This document shows, piece after piece, positions 1-8,512 of a stretch of DNA of 64,000 nucleotides (positions within the stretch are counted from its first letter, which is position 1; the number at the start of each line of letters is the position of its first letter). The stretch covers positions 4,981-68,980 of the forward strand of contig CAZJNH010000007.1 in NCBI GenBank assembly GCA_964547425.1, in the 5' to 3' direction. Origin of the DNA: an uncultured Candidatus Saccharibacteria bacterium (lineage in GTDB: Bacteria > Patescibacteriota > Saccharimonadia > UBA4664 > CAZJNH01). The notes under the pieces were generated by a model. The model was not told the origin of the DNA. It did not search any database and saw nothing but the letters and a program-made list of their open reading frames with translations. A program made the position numbers and the translations under genes.

Positions 1-212
1 GTTGGTGGCGGGGCTGGTGCGGGGGCGGGAGTTGGAGTTGGAGTTGGAGCCGGTGATGGCGCGGCAGGCGGCGGAGTTTCGGTGGCGGCGGATTTGACCA
101 TCGGCAAGCCGCAATTGGCACAAAAATCCTTACCGCCAATCGTGACGGACTGCTGGCCTCCGCAATTTGCGCACCCTCCGTTGCCCATAATTCTTGCGCT
201 TAGTATACCATA
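1..212 (+). CDS. 3'-terminal fragment of a Gly/Ala/Val-rich protein; the gene begins upstream of the window
   Basis: Frame 1 is open from base 1 to TAA at 210-212. It translates VGGGAGAGAGVGVGVGAGDGAAGGG..., and the DNA carries GAGTTG x4 in tandem. No recognisable domain, and the frame/strand choice is ambiguous. Confidence 0.25.
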
Positions 213-232
213 AGCGCCTCAAGAAACCCTAG

Positions 233-1090
233 CTATTTAGCGGTTTTGGCGAAGCGATAAATGTGATGGATGTAGCGGACGATTACTAGTTGCCGTTTCA
301 GCCGCCAAGGCTCCATTATCAGCCGCCACAGCCACTCGAGCCCGATTTTTTGTAAAAAGTGTGGAGCTCTGGGCAGCCGCCCGCCGAGCTGGGCGTAGTC
401 GAAACTCCCGCCCTCCCCTATCAATACGCCGTGATTGATTTTGGCGGCGAGTTTGGCCATCAGCTGTTCCTGTTTTGGGAAACCGATGCCGACCAAAATA
501 ACGTCTGGTTTAGAGGTTAGGAGGGTTTTAATTAGTTCTTCTTCGAGTTCAGGATTGAGATGGCCAGTGAAGTGCCCGGCGATGTTTAGCTCTGGCCAGA
601 AGGCTTTGAGGTAAGAGGCGGTTTGGGTTATGTTGCTGCGTTTGGGTGAACCGACCAAGAATACTGACAGCTTTTGTTTGGCGCACTCGTTTAGCAGTAC
701 TTGAGTGAAGTTAATGCCGCGGAACACCTCAGGAAGTGGTGTAAGTAAACTTTTAGGATTGAGGACTATTTTGGTAAGCGTGGCAAACAGTCTAGTTGGG
801 TTGTGGTTTCCGGCGTACACATAATTCGCGCCCCAAACAATCGCGACTCCATCCGGTACGCACAGCTCGGCCCCATTCAGCAACTCGGCGATTTCTGAAT
901 TCTTAAGGGCCGTTTCCATAAACTCGACGTACGGCTTAACGATATAGGCCGGCGGTGTTTTCGGATTCTTGGCTATGGCCGCTATGTAGTCGGTAGCTTG
1001 CTTGACTGTAATCGCGTCGATTTCAACACCAAGCAGGCCGAATTTCGGAAACTTTGTTTGCCTAGACACTTTTAACCTCCGCCCCGCCAA
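233..1090 (-). CDS. WecB/TagA/CpsF-family glycosyltransferase (N-acetylmannosaminyltransferase-like)
   Basis: 285-aa ORF with family-typical motifs GIGFPKQE and LEWLWRL. Its length matches the WecG/TagA family. Confidence 0.8.
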   Translation of the reverse strand: MAGRRLKVSRQTKFPKFGLLGVEIDAITVKQATDYIAAIAKNPKTPPAYIVKPYVEFMETALKNSEIAELLNGAELCVPDGVAIVWGANYVYAGNHNPTRLFATLTKIVLNPKSLLTPLPEVFRGINFTQVLLNECAKQKLSVFLVGSPKRSNITQTASYLKAFWPELNIAGHFTGHLNPELEEELIKTLLTSKPDVILVGIGFPKQEQLMAKLAAKINHGVLIGEGGSFDYAQLGGRLPRAPHFLQKIGLEWLWRLIMEPWRLKRQLVIVRYIHHIYRFAKTAK

Positions 1091-2240
1091 CCGTTAGCCC
1101 GGCTAATGTCCAGTAAGTTAAAGCCGTAGAACTGTCCGCCCAGCCGTGGAGGAATAAGTTTACGATACTCACACCTATGAGCGCCGCCAGTAAGGGTCCG
1201 GCCAGGCCGGGTTTGTCTTTCCAGGCTAACAGTTGTTTGCCCAAGACGTAATTAATGGCCAGGAATAATATTAGGCCCAGCATCCCAACTTCGAGGGCCA
1301 GCTGCAGATAGTAATTCTCTGTGATAATTGGGTGCGCTGACGAGAATGAAGCCGGGCCGGCCGCCCCGAGGCCGAGCCCTAGCGGGTGCTTGATCACCTT
1401 TTTCGTTCCTTCGATAACCGCACGCAGATGCTGGCTGTCGGGTCCGCCTTTTGCGCCTTGGCTCCTAATTAAGAGCGAACTCCCGGACCGGCTAATTTGC
1501 CAGGCGCCGACAAGCAACACAGCTAATATCGCAACTCCAATTTTGACCCTGTAGCGTCGCGGCACCTCGATTAGCAGCACGATTATGATCGCGGTAGCGG
1601 CGCCGATCCAGGCGCTGCGGGAGTCGGTAAAAAACAAAGCCAGCAGTTCTGCACCCAAAAGTGCGAACTGCCAGATTTTTTTCTGCCGGTAAGCAAGCTT
1701 CATGGTCAGCGCGATCGGCAAAATCAAAAACGCGCCAAGCTGGTTGGGACCCCCGAGAGTTGACGGAAAGCGATGGAGATTGCCATATGGCAGCGATGGC
1801 GGAACGGTAGACGGGCCGTAGCCGAACCGGACCAAAAAATTTGCCGGCAGGAAAAAATTTTCAGCGATCGCAAATAAGCTCACGGCTGCGGTCGAGGCCA
1901 GAAGAACTTTTTGGCCAAGGCGTTTAAAGTACTTGCCTGTCACTAGACTCGCCAACACAAAGGCGAGCAAAAAAACCAAGTCGGTTTTGGCGCCGCGCAG
2001 GATCGCCGATCGGCTGCCGTTAGCGAACGCCGCGGTTACGAGCAGGCTAACGGCGGCGTAGGCGGCGATCAATATCCAGAGCGGGCCGAAGTGATCTTTG
2101 AACTTTTTTGGGTTCTGATAAAAATACACGATGGCAACTAATCCCATTAAGCCAATTAAAAGCTCCTTCCATGACTGGAACAGCTCCATATGGCCGAACA
2201 GATGGCCGGCCCAGACCGACAAAAAGGCGTGAAACGGCAT
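1062..2240 (-). CDS. O-antigen ligase/polymerase (Wzy_C)-like polytopic membrane protein
   Basis: The ORF is open to 2366, but the first 42 codons are Arg-rich and overlap mreB, so the start is more likely the Met at MPFHAFLSVW (2240). It has at least 10 predicted TM helices and an FFTDSRSAWIG motif typical of Wzy_C/O-antigen-ligase proteins. Confidence 0.6.
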   Translation of the reverse strand: MPFHAFLSVWAGHLFGHMELFQSWKELLIGLMGLVAIVYFYQNPKKFKDHFGPLWILIAAYAAVSLLVTAAFANGSRSAILRGAKTDLVFLLAFVLASLVTGKYFKRLGQKVLLASTAAVSLFAIAENFFLPANFLVRFGYGPSTVPPSLPYGNLHRFPSTLGGPNQLGAFLILPIALTMKLAYRQKKIWQFALLGAELLALFFTDSRSAWIGAATAIIIVLLIEVPRRYRVKIGVAILAVLLVGAWQISRSGSSLLIRSQGAKGGPDSQHLRAVIEGTKKVIKHPLGLGLGAAGPASFSSAHPIITENYYLQLALEVGMLGLILFLAINYVLGKQLLAWKDKPGLAGPLLAALIGVSIVNLFLHGWADSSTALTYWTLAGLTVGGAEVKSV

Positions 2241-2290
2241 TACCGCCAGCAGAGTTACGCTCCCCCACCCCAGCAGTTTTTGGTGGGACA

Positions 2291-3298
2291 CTATTTCACT
2301 CCCGCCAGGCTGCGTTTGTACTCTTCCAGGTTGTCGAGCGCGATGCCGGTGCCCTTGGCGACGCACAGAATCGGGTCCTCGGCCACGGTGCAGGGTACCC
2401 CGGTAACTTTGGTTAGCAAACGGTCGAGATTTTTGAGCAAAGCTCCGCCACCGGTCAAGATCATGCCGCGGTCGATGATGTCACTCGACAACTCCGGCGG
2501 GGTTTGTTCAAGCACCGCCCGGATGGCCAGGATAATTTTTTCCAATTCCGGCTCTATGGCTTTTGTGATCTCGTTGGAGTGGATGGTAATGGTTTTGGGC
2601 AAACCCGCTATCGTGTCTCGCCCGCGGATTTCCATTGTTGGATCCTTGGCGATTGGCATGGCACTGCCCAGCTCTTTTTTAATTACTTCGGCGGTCCGGT
2701 CCCCTACCGCCAAGCCGTATCGGCGGCGGATAAAGTCGGCGATGGCCGTATCGAGTTTGTTGCCGCCAACCCGCGCGCTTGACTGGGCGACCACTCCACC
2801 GAGTGACAAAATGGCAATCTCGGTCGTTCCCCCGCCAATATCAACTACCATATTCCCGGCGGCTGAAGCGATCGGGACCCCGGCGCCAATGGCGGCTGCG
2901 ACGGGTTCTTTAATAATGTAGGCGGCTCTGGCGCCGGCGGCTAAGGTAGCATCGATAACGGCGCGGCGTTCGGTAGAGGTAGCTCCGGCCGGGACGCAAA
3001 CCATCACGTCAGGACGGCGCAGTTTCATCCCCTGGCTGACTTTATTGATGTAGTGCCGGATCATAGCTTGGGTAACGTGAAAATCGGCAATGACACCATC
3101 GCGCAGCGGCCGGTAGGCGGTGATGTTGTCCGGCGTGCGGCCAAGCATTTCCTTGGCGTCATCGCCCACGGCTACTATGCGATTATTTTCACGGTTAATA
3201 GCCACGACGCTTGGCTCGTTGATGACGATGCCGCGTTTGGGGACATAAACCAATACATTGGCGGTACCGAGGTCGATACCGATTCTTCGGCCAAACAT
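2291..3298 (-). CDS. mreB: rod shape-determining protein MreB
   Basis: 335-aa actin-fold protein. The IGIDLGTANVLVYV N-terminus and DIGGGTTEIA phosphate-2 motif match bacterial MreB throughout. Confidence 0.95.
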   Translation of the reverse strand: MFGRRIGIDLGTANVLVYVPKRGIVINEPSVVAINRENNRIVAVGDDAKEMLGRTPDNITAYRPLRDGVIADFHVTQAMIRHYINKVSQGMKLRRPDVMVCVPAGATSTERRAVIDATLAAGARAAYIIKEPVAAAIGAGVPIASAAGNMVVDIGGGTTEIAILSLGGVVAQSSARVGGNKLDTAIADFIRRRYGLAVGDRTAEVIKKELGSAMPIAKDPTMEIRGRDTIAGLPKTITIHSNEITKAIEPELEKIILAIRAVLEQTPPELSSDIIDRGMILTGGGALLKNLDRLLTKVTGVPCTVAEDPILCVAKGTGIALDNLEEYKRSLAGVK

Positions 3299-3323
3299 AC
3301 AGCAGTAGTATAAACTTTAAATT

Positions 3324-4682
3324 ATGTTACGCCGAGCGCTGGTCGCAGCCAGCTATATCGTTGGGGGTTTGGTTATTATTGGCGCCACGGTCGGACTGGT
3401 GGCGTACGGCAAGGGCTATAGCTACGACTTTAAAAACCACCGGTTTATACTGAACGGCCTGGTGATTTTAGAGTCCTCCCCCAGTGGCGGCAAAGTATTA
3501 ATTAACGGGCTGGACGCGCATCACAGCACTCCCTACCGCTCGACAATTGAGTCCGGTGACTACACTTTTTCCGTGGTTAAGGATGGTTTTAGGACCTGGA
3601 CCAAAACTCTGACTTTGATCCCCAGTGAAGTGACCTTCGCCCAGTACGTCGTGTTATTTCCGACTACGATTACCACTGAACCAACTAAACTAGCGGTGGC
3701 AGCCTATGGCTTAGCCGATAGCCCCAACCGCAAGCGGCTGGCGTATTTGTCCAGCGGGAAAAAGCCGGCGGTCTACTTGATGGATGCTATCAGCCGGATG
3801 AGTAAGCGCTATTATGCCGCGCGGGCAGGTGAAACTTTAACCTCAGTGTCATGGTCCGATGACGGATCTAGGCTGCTGCTAGCGACTACTTACAAAAAAC
3901 GGGCCCACTTTCTAGTGCTTGATGCGGTAGGTACCGCCCCGGCCGAAGATTTAACCGATTTATTCAACCAGGACTTTAGGCAGCTGAAATTTAACCCGGC
4001 CAACCGGGACGAGCTGTACTGGATTAGCCCGGAGTCCAACTTGCACCGCCTAAATCTAGCCGAAAGGACGGCTTCGGCGGTTCTGGCCAGCAATGTTAGC
4101 TCGTTAGGTTTTGGCGGAGGCCGGGTGTTTTTCGTCCAGACTACCCCGCTGGGCCAGTCTTTGTTTAGCCTTGACCGGTCGGGACACAAAACGGAGCTGA
4201 TCCAGGCTTTGGCTAAAAGTGATAGTTATGAAATTTTAGAGGAGAATCACAAGGACAAGGATTACCTGGTGGTCGTCCCGGCCAGAGCCCGAACTGCAAC
4301 GATTTATCAGGACTTTTTTAGCGGCCATCCCGTCGCGACGGTAATCGGCAAAGGCGTTGATAAGATAGTTGCCAGCCCAAACGGACGCTTTTTAGCGGCG
4401 TATGGTGCGGGTAGTGTTGTGGCTTATGATCTGGAAAAGACTCGCCATTATGACTTTAAATTGTCCAAGCATTCGATCGATAACTTGGGCTGGTATGACG
4501 ATTTCCATTTACTTGCCACCGTTAACGGCCAGCCGGAGATCGTTGAATTCGATGGCGGCAACCTTACTCTCTTACCCGGCGGATTACAGGGAACGGTTTT
4601 TAGCTCTCCCGACCGAGCTAATCTCATTGGCCTAAGCAAGGACAAGGCCGCTACCAGCGTGGTTTACGAATTGCTTAAGTAA
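3324..4682 (+). CDS. membrane-anchored PEGA-domain protein with a TolB-like beta-propeller region
   Basis: N-terminal TM helix, followed by a PEGA-like segment (GGKVLINGLDAHHSTPYRSTIESGDYTFSVVKDGFRTW), followed by WD/TolB-like repeats. No enzymatic motif. Confidence 0.5.
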   Translation: MLRRALVAASYIVGGLVIIGATVGLVAYGKGYSYDFKNHRFILNGLVILESSPSGGKVLINGLDAHHSTPYRSTIESGDYTFSVVKDGFRTWTKTLTLIPSEVTFAQYVVLFPTTITTEPTKLAVAAYGLADSPNRKRLAYLSSGKKPAVYLMDAISRMSKRYYAARAGETLTSVSWSDDGSRLLLATTYKKRAHFLVLDAVGTAPAEDLTDLFNQDFRQLKFNPANRDELYWISPESNLHRLNLAERTASAVLASNVSSLGFGGGRVFFVQTTPLGQSLFSLDRSGHKTELIQALAKSDSYEILEENHKDKDYLVVVPARARTATIYQDFFSGHPVATVIGKGVDKIVASPNGRFLAAYGAGSVVAYDLEKTRHYDFKLSKHSIDNLGWYDDFHLLATVNGQPEIVEFDGGNLTLLPGGLQGTVFSSPDRANLIGLSKDKAATSVVYELLK

Positions 4683-5694
4683 AAATGTGTTTGATACCGG
4701 AACCGAGGTTGCTGAAAAACTGTCCGATTTGAGATAGGAATCCTGGAGCGCTGCCTGGGAGGCGGATTTTTGTTAGGTCGATCCCGGCCTGCTCAACCGG
4801 CGGGCTGTGATACGTTTGCGGAGTCGGGCTAATTTGCTTGGCCGAAACAACCAGCCGTCGCCAGCTGGTGCCAGGCGGCGTACAGGTGATTAATGTTACT
4901 GTCGGTTCGGTGGTTTGTCTTAGGACAGTTAGGTCGGTGGGCTGGACGATCTTAGTTTTAGTAACCTGGTAGATATAGTGGCGGGATTTGTAGTTGATGC
5001 TGAATTTGTCGCCTACAACCATTTTGTCGAGCAGGACGAAAACGAATTTATAGTGGCCTGGCTGCCACCAGTCGTTCGAAGAGTGGCCGACGATCACCGA
5101 GTTGCCTGGCTCGCCCGGGTTTGGCGTCGTGCCGTAGTGCACTACCCCGTTTTGAAGCGACTTAAGTACCGCGGCTTCATTAATGCTCGGTTGGTACACT
5201 ACCGGCGCGTTCACTTTAATTTTCGGTATTTGGATCAGAGACGCTGGGCCAACGACGGCGGTTTTGGCGGCCGGCGTGGTTTGGGCGACCGGCTGGGCTT
5301 TGGTGGTCCAGTATTTGATCTGGCTAATGATGATTTCGGATTTGAACACAACCAGCAGCAGCAGAAATGAAGCCACGGCGGAAACGATCGGCCGGGCTTT
5401 TGAAGGTAACGGACGGATTTTGCGGTTGTTACTTACCCATTCGGCGGGCATGCCGGCGGGCGGGATCTGGCTGGTCAGTTTTTTGCCGGGTAAATCGGTC
5501 TCGACTTTTTTGGTTGGGGGTTCTGGTGGCACCTCGGTCGCGCTGACAGGTGAAGAATCTTTCAATAAAGGATGATCCCCCTGCAAATGGCTGTCGGTTA
5601 ACGCCGCAATACGAGCCCTCGCCTCGGCTGCTAGATCGGGCCGAGTGCTGTGGGATTTGGGAATGTGTAGGGCTTCGTCGGCTGAATTACTCAT
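4675..5694 (-). CDS. sortase-family transpeptidase
   Basis: One TM helix, then a sortase fold with VIVGHSS (His) and the TLITCTPPG catalytic-Cys motif. The N-terminal 100 aa are low-complexity/cytoplasmic. Confidence 0.75.
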   Translation of the reverse strand: MSNSADEALHIPKSHSTRPDLAAEARARIAALTDSHLQGDHPLLKDSSPVSATEVPPEPPTKKVETDLPGKKLTSQIPPAGMPAEWVSNNRKIRPLPSKARPIVSAVASFLLLLVVFKSEIIISQIKYWTTKAQPVAQTTPAAKTAVVGPASLIQIPKIKVNAPVVYQPSINEAAVLKSLQNGVVHYGTTPNPGEPGNSVIVGHSSNDWWQPGHYKFVFVLLDKMVVGDKFSINYKSRHYIYQVTKTKIVQPTDLTVLRQTTEPTVTLITCTPPGTSWRRLVVSAKQISPTPQTYHSPPVEQAGIDLTKIRLPGSAPGFLSQIGQFFSNLGSGIKHIFT

Positions 5695-5792
5695 AATACT
5701 TCCTGTCTAAGTATACTAGGTTGCAAAAGTGGAAATGGTGTAATACTATACAACATTAGCGCTTTCTTATCAAGAGTTACAATGCTAAATAA

Positions 5793-5879
5793 GGGCGAGT
5801 GGCGGAACTGGCAGACGCACAGGACTCAAAATCCTGCGGTAGCAATACCATGTGGGTTCGACCCCCACCTCGCCCACCA
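5793..5879 (+). tRNA. tRNA-Leu (anticodon CAA), type II long variable arm, CCA encoded
   Basis: Hand-folded: acceptor GGGCGAG/CTCGCCC, anticodon stem CAGGA/TCCTG with loop CTCAAAA, variable arm GGTA-GCAA-TACC, T-arm GTGGG-TTCGACC-CCCAC, discriminator A + CCA. 87 nt. Confidence 0.85.
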
Positions 5880-5894
5880 TCTGTCATTCTCCAA

Positions 5895-5973
5895 CTTGTA
5901 ACTGTCTCCTCTGGAAAGGGTTACACCCTTAACAGGTTAGCGAAATACAAGTTTTTTGTTTTTTTTGACTCAA
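5895..5973. repeat. stop-codon-proximal structured repeat, copy A: 57-nt imperfect palindrome + A/T spacer + TTGACTCAA box
   Basis: Palindrome CTTGTAACTGTCTCCTCTGGAAAGGGTTACACCCTTAACAGGTTAGCGAAATACAAG at 5895-5951, T-rich spacer, box at 5965-5973. The box ends 4 nt from the stop codon (5978-5980) of the minus-strand gene. Three similar copies lie elsewhere in the window. Confidence 0.7.
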
Positions 5974-5977
5974 ATTT

Positions 5978-6829
5978 TTAGAACTGGTCGGAGGCTTGCC
6001 GGATAGTTTTGGAGATTAGCTTGAGGAGTTCGGGTTGGGTTAGGCGTTCTTCTGGCAGTTCGCGCGAGGCTTTGGCGATTAAATAAGCGGCTGTCGTCAG
6101 CCCCTCGAAAGGTTTGCGCAGGTTTTGCAGCCAGATTACGCTCGCTACTCCAAAGACTACCGTTGCTGGCACCGGCTGCCACGGAGTGACGCTGATTTGC
6201 TGGCCGGCCGCCACAATCAGCTCGGGTCCGTAGACTAGAAATTGAGCTCCAGTTTCGTGAGCCAGAGTTTTGATGATGTCGATCTTGCCGATAAGGCTCG
6301 ATTCTTTGATGTTGATATGAAGTTTGAGGTACTTTGCCAGCTTAAACAGGTCTGGCATCGTGGCGATGACCATCCGGTTGTGCCCTACGAGCAGTTGCGG
6401 ATGGAATTTCATCAAGTCAAACGCTTCGTCGAAGACGATGGCAGGTTTAGCGGCCTTAGTTAAAATTGATTCGATGACGGTAGCGGTTTCACTGTTGCTG
6501 GATAAGCTGGCGCCGATCGCTACGGCGTCTGCGTCCTCAACTAGGCTGACGATCTGGGCGGTCGAGTCTTTGGCGATCGACCCGGCGTGGGTCGAGGGCA
6601 CAAAAGTGAACGATTCACCCGGCAAAAATTTCCTTAAACTGTCCGGCAGAACTACCCGGCACTCCCCAATCTCGGCGGCTTCGGCGGCGGCATAGACATT
6701 CTGGATCGCGTTAAATTCCTGGCTATGCCCACCGACCAACAGTAATCTGCCGGCAAAACGACCACCGACCGGTCGCGTCCAGAGCAAATTAGGAAACAGC
6801 GGATCCTTGTCTTGGCGTAGAAAATCCAC
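5978..6829 (-). CDS. YjeF-C/carbohydrate-kinase-fold protein (putative NAD(P)H-hydrate dehydratase-like)
   Basis: LLLVGGHSQEFNAIQNVYAAAEAAEIGECRVV resembles the YjeF_C lvigGs..y.GA..lA...al.aG motif, and MVIATMPDLFKLAK resembles the TPH.gE..rL segment. The match is divergent. Confidence 0.45.
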   Translation of the reverse strand: MDFLRQDKDPLFPNLLWTRPVGGRFAGRLLLVGGHSQEFNAIQNVYAAAEAAEIGECRVVLPDSLRKFLPGESFTFVPSTHAGSIAKDSTAQIVSLVEDADAVAIGASLSSNSETATVIESILTKAAKPAIVFDEAFDLMKFHPQLLVGHNRMVIATMPDLFKLAKYLKLHINIKESSLIGKIDIIKTLAHETGAQFLVYGPELIVAAGQQISVTPWQPVPATVVFGVASVIWLQNLRKPFEGLTTAAYLIAKASRELPEERLTQPELLKLISKTIRQASDQF

Positions 6830-7665
6830 TACTTAACTAGGGCCTTGAGCCTGTCCAAGTTGGCTTTGTCCGGCCCGTTGTCGTCGAGTCCGGGAACTTC
6901 CATCATTCCGGGCATGTCCTTCATCTTTGGATGGTTAACTAGCGCCGCGAAGCCCGTTTTGCCGATTTTGCCGTCGCCGATGTTCTCGTGCCGGTCGAGA
7001 TGGCTATTCAATTCACCTTTCGAGTCATTGAGATGCAAACAGACCAGCTGCTCGAGCCCTATTAGCTTGTCAAACTTTTCCAGCAATTTATCCCACTCGT
7101 CGGTAGTTCTGACGTCGTAGCCACTTGCAAACAGATGGCAGGTGTCGAGGCAGAATTTGACCCGCTTTGGCTTACCCATCTTTTCGTAAATTTCGGCGAG
7201 TTCCTCGAAGGTATCGCCGATCACACTGCCTTGTCCGGCGGCGTTTTCTAGGATTAAGTAACTGTTTTTGCCGCCTTCGAGGGCTTGGTTTAAAGCGTCC
7301 GCGACTTTTGTTGCCGCTTCACTAAACTCCAGCCCGCTGTGCGACCCCATATGGGTAACAACTCCCGTAACACCTAACTGATCGGCCACGCCCAACATGT
7401 CTCGCATAGCGGTAATAGATTTTTGCCTTAGCTCATCGTTAGCTGTACCGTACGCGACCAGATAAAGCATGTGAATAAAGGCTTCCATCCCCTCTTTTTT
7501 GCAGGCATCACGAAAACCGGCGGCTTTTTCCTCCGAGTAAACCGTTTGCCGCCAAGTTCGCGGGCTGCCGGCGAAAATTTGCAGTACGTCGGCGCCCATT
7601 GCTTTTGCCCTGGTGGGGGTACCTGCCAGATCGCCGGCGGTCGATAGATGCATACCAAAACGCAT
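6829..7665 (-). CDS. nfo: deoxyribonuclease IV (AP endonuclease family 2, Nfo)
   Basis: 278-aa TIM-barrel with metal-ligand motifs HMGSH, LILENAAGQG, CLDTCHLFASGYD and LHLNDSK, as in Nfo. Confidence 0.85.
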   Translation of the reverse strand: MRFGMHLSTAGDLAGTPTRAKAMGADVLQIFAGSPRTWRQTVYSEEKAAGFRDACKKEGMEAFIHMLYLVAYGTANDELRQKSITAMRDMLGVADQLGVTGVVTHMGSHSGLEFSEAATKVADALNQALEGGKNSYLILENAAGQGSVIGDTFEELAEIYEKMGKPKRVKFCLDTCHLFASGYDVRTTDEWDKLLEKFDKLIGLEQLVCLHLNDSKGELNSHLDRHENIGDGKIGKTGFAALVNHPKMKDMPGMMEVPGLDDNGPDKANLDRLKALVK

Positions 7666-7687
7666 ATGGACAGTATAAGGCAGGAAC

Positions 7688-7933
7688 CTACTCTAGTTCG
7701 AGTTCGTCGTCGTCGCTAAATTCGAGCTGCTCATAGTAAACCGGCATTTTTTGGCCGACCTGGTAGCGGCGGACGACCTCTTCGGCGTCATCCTCGTCAA
7801 ACCCTAAGCCGGTAATTTGTTTGACCTTCGTCACGGGATCAGAGTCGGAGAGCAAAACTTCTTCAAGCTTTTTCTCCCGCCAAATCTCGCTTTCGAATTC
7901 GGTTTCCATCGCGCCCTCCTTATGTTGCCCCAT
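7688..7933 (-). CDS. small acidic hypothetical protein
   Basis: 81-aa ORF with a Glu/Asp-rich C-terminus (SDDDELELE) and no recognisable domain. Confidence 0.4.
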   Translation of the reverse strand: MGQHKEGAMETEFESEIWREKKLEEVLLSDSDPVTKVKQITGLGFDEDDAEEVVRRYQVGQKMPVYYEQLEFSDDDELELE

Positions 7934-8071
7934 AGCTTACGGGGGCGTCCGGCTTGGTACATTAGCAGTTATGCCAAGAGTCGAAAATAAAAACCTATGC
8001 TTTTTTGGAACGCCACCCACCTTTCACAAAAACTAGGCAAAATCACAACTAATTTTTCGTCACCTAGACCT

Positions 8072-8100
8072 TTGCACAAAATAGCCATAACTGCTACAAT
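8072..8100 (+). promoter_or_regulatory. sigma70-like promoter: TTGCAC -17 nt- TACAAT
   Basis: TTGCAC at 8072-8077, a 17-nt spacer, TACAAT at 8095-8100. A GGGGAGG ribosome-binding site follows, 6 nt before the ATG at 8136. Confidence 0.5.
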
Positions 8101-8135
8101 CTGTCGCTGGTGTTGTACTCGAGGGGAGGCATCAA

Positions 8136-8452
8136 TGACTCTGTTGGACACCGAACAGGACGTACTGGAGGATCATCCGTCACCTGGCCTGCTGGAGCTT
8201 TCGCTCGAAGTCGAACGTTTGGTTCAGAGCGCGGCCGAGGATCTGCAGGAGACGGGACGGTTCATCCGTTTAGCTCAGAGGCAGATGAATTCGGGTGAGG
8301 AGATCGAGGATTTCCTCAAACGCGTTGCCGCTAGGCACTCAAAGGCGCAAGCGGCTTTCGTCACCATCTACGATCCGCCGAGCCTTTACGGACCCGGGCT
8401 TGACCCAACTCCGCCGCGAAAGCAGCGGCATCGACAGAAGTCCCGGCACTAG
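8136..8452 (+). CDS. hypothetical protein (105 aa if started at 8136; the ORF is open from 7997)
   Basis: The ATG at 8136 follows a consensus promoter and ribosome-binding site. The upstream 46 codons would have to be read through that promoter. No domain recognised. Confidence 0.45.
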
Positions 8453-8481
8453 ACTGTAGCACCTGCCTGCCAGCAAGGCAT

Positions 8482-8505
8482 AAGGGGCCCCCAAAAGGGC
8501 CCCTT
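8482..8505. terminator. GC-rich hairpin between convergent genes (candidate bidirectional terminator)
   Basis: AAGGGGCCC-CCAAAA-GGGCCCCTT, a perfect 9-bp stem, sits between the + gene ending at 8452 and the - gene ending at 8513. A-rich on one flank and T-rich on the other. Confidence 0.55.
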
Positions 8506-8512
8506 TAGCTAT

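Noticed and set aside
2190-2921. 243-aa plus-strand ORF
   Set aside because: Antisense to the clearly genuine mreB. Low-complexity Pro/Ser/Ala-rich translation.
5895-5980. Reading the box-plus-palindrome repeats as ordinary rho-independent terminators
   Set aside because: In the sense of the gene they follow, the long hairpin is not followed by a U-tract. The flanks are UUGG ..., AG ... and the like. The T-runs lie between the stop codon and the hairpin, not after it.
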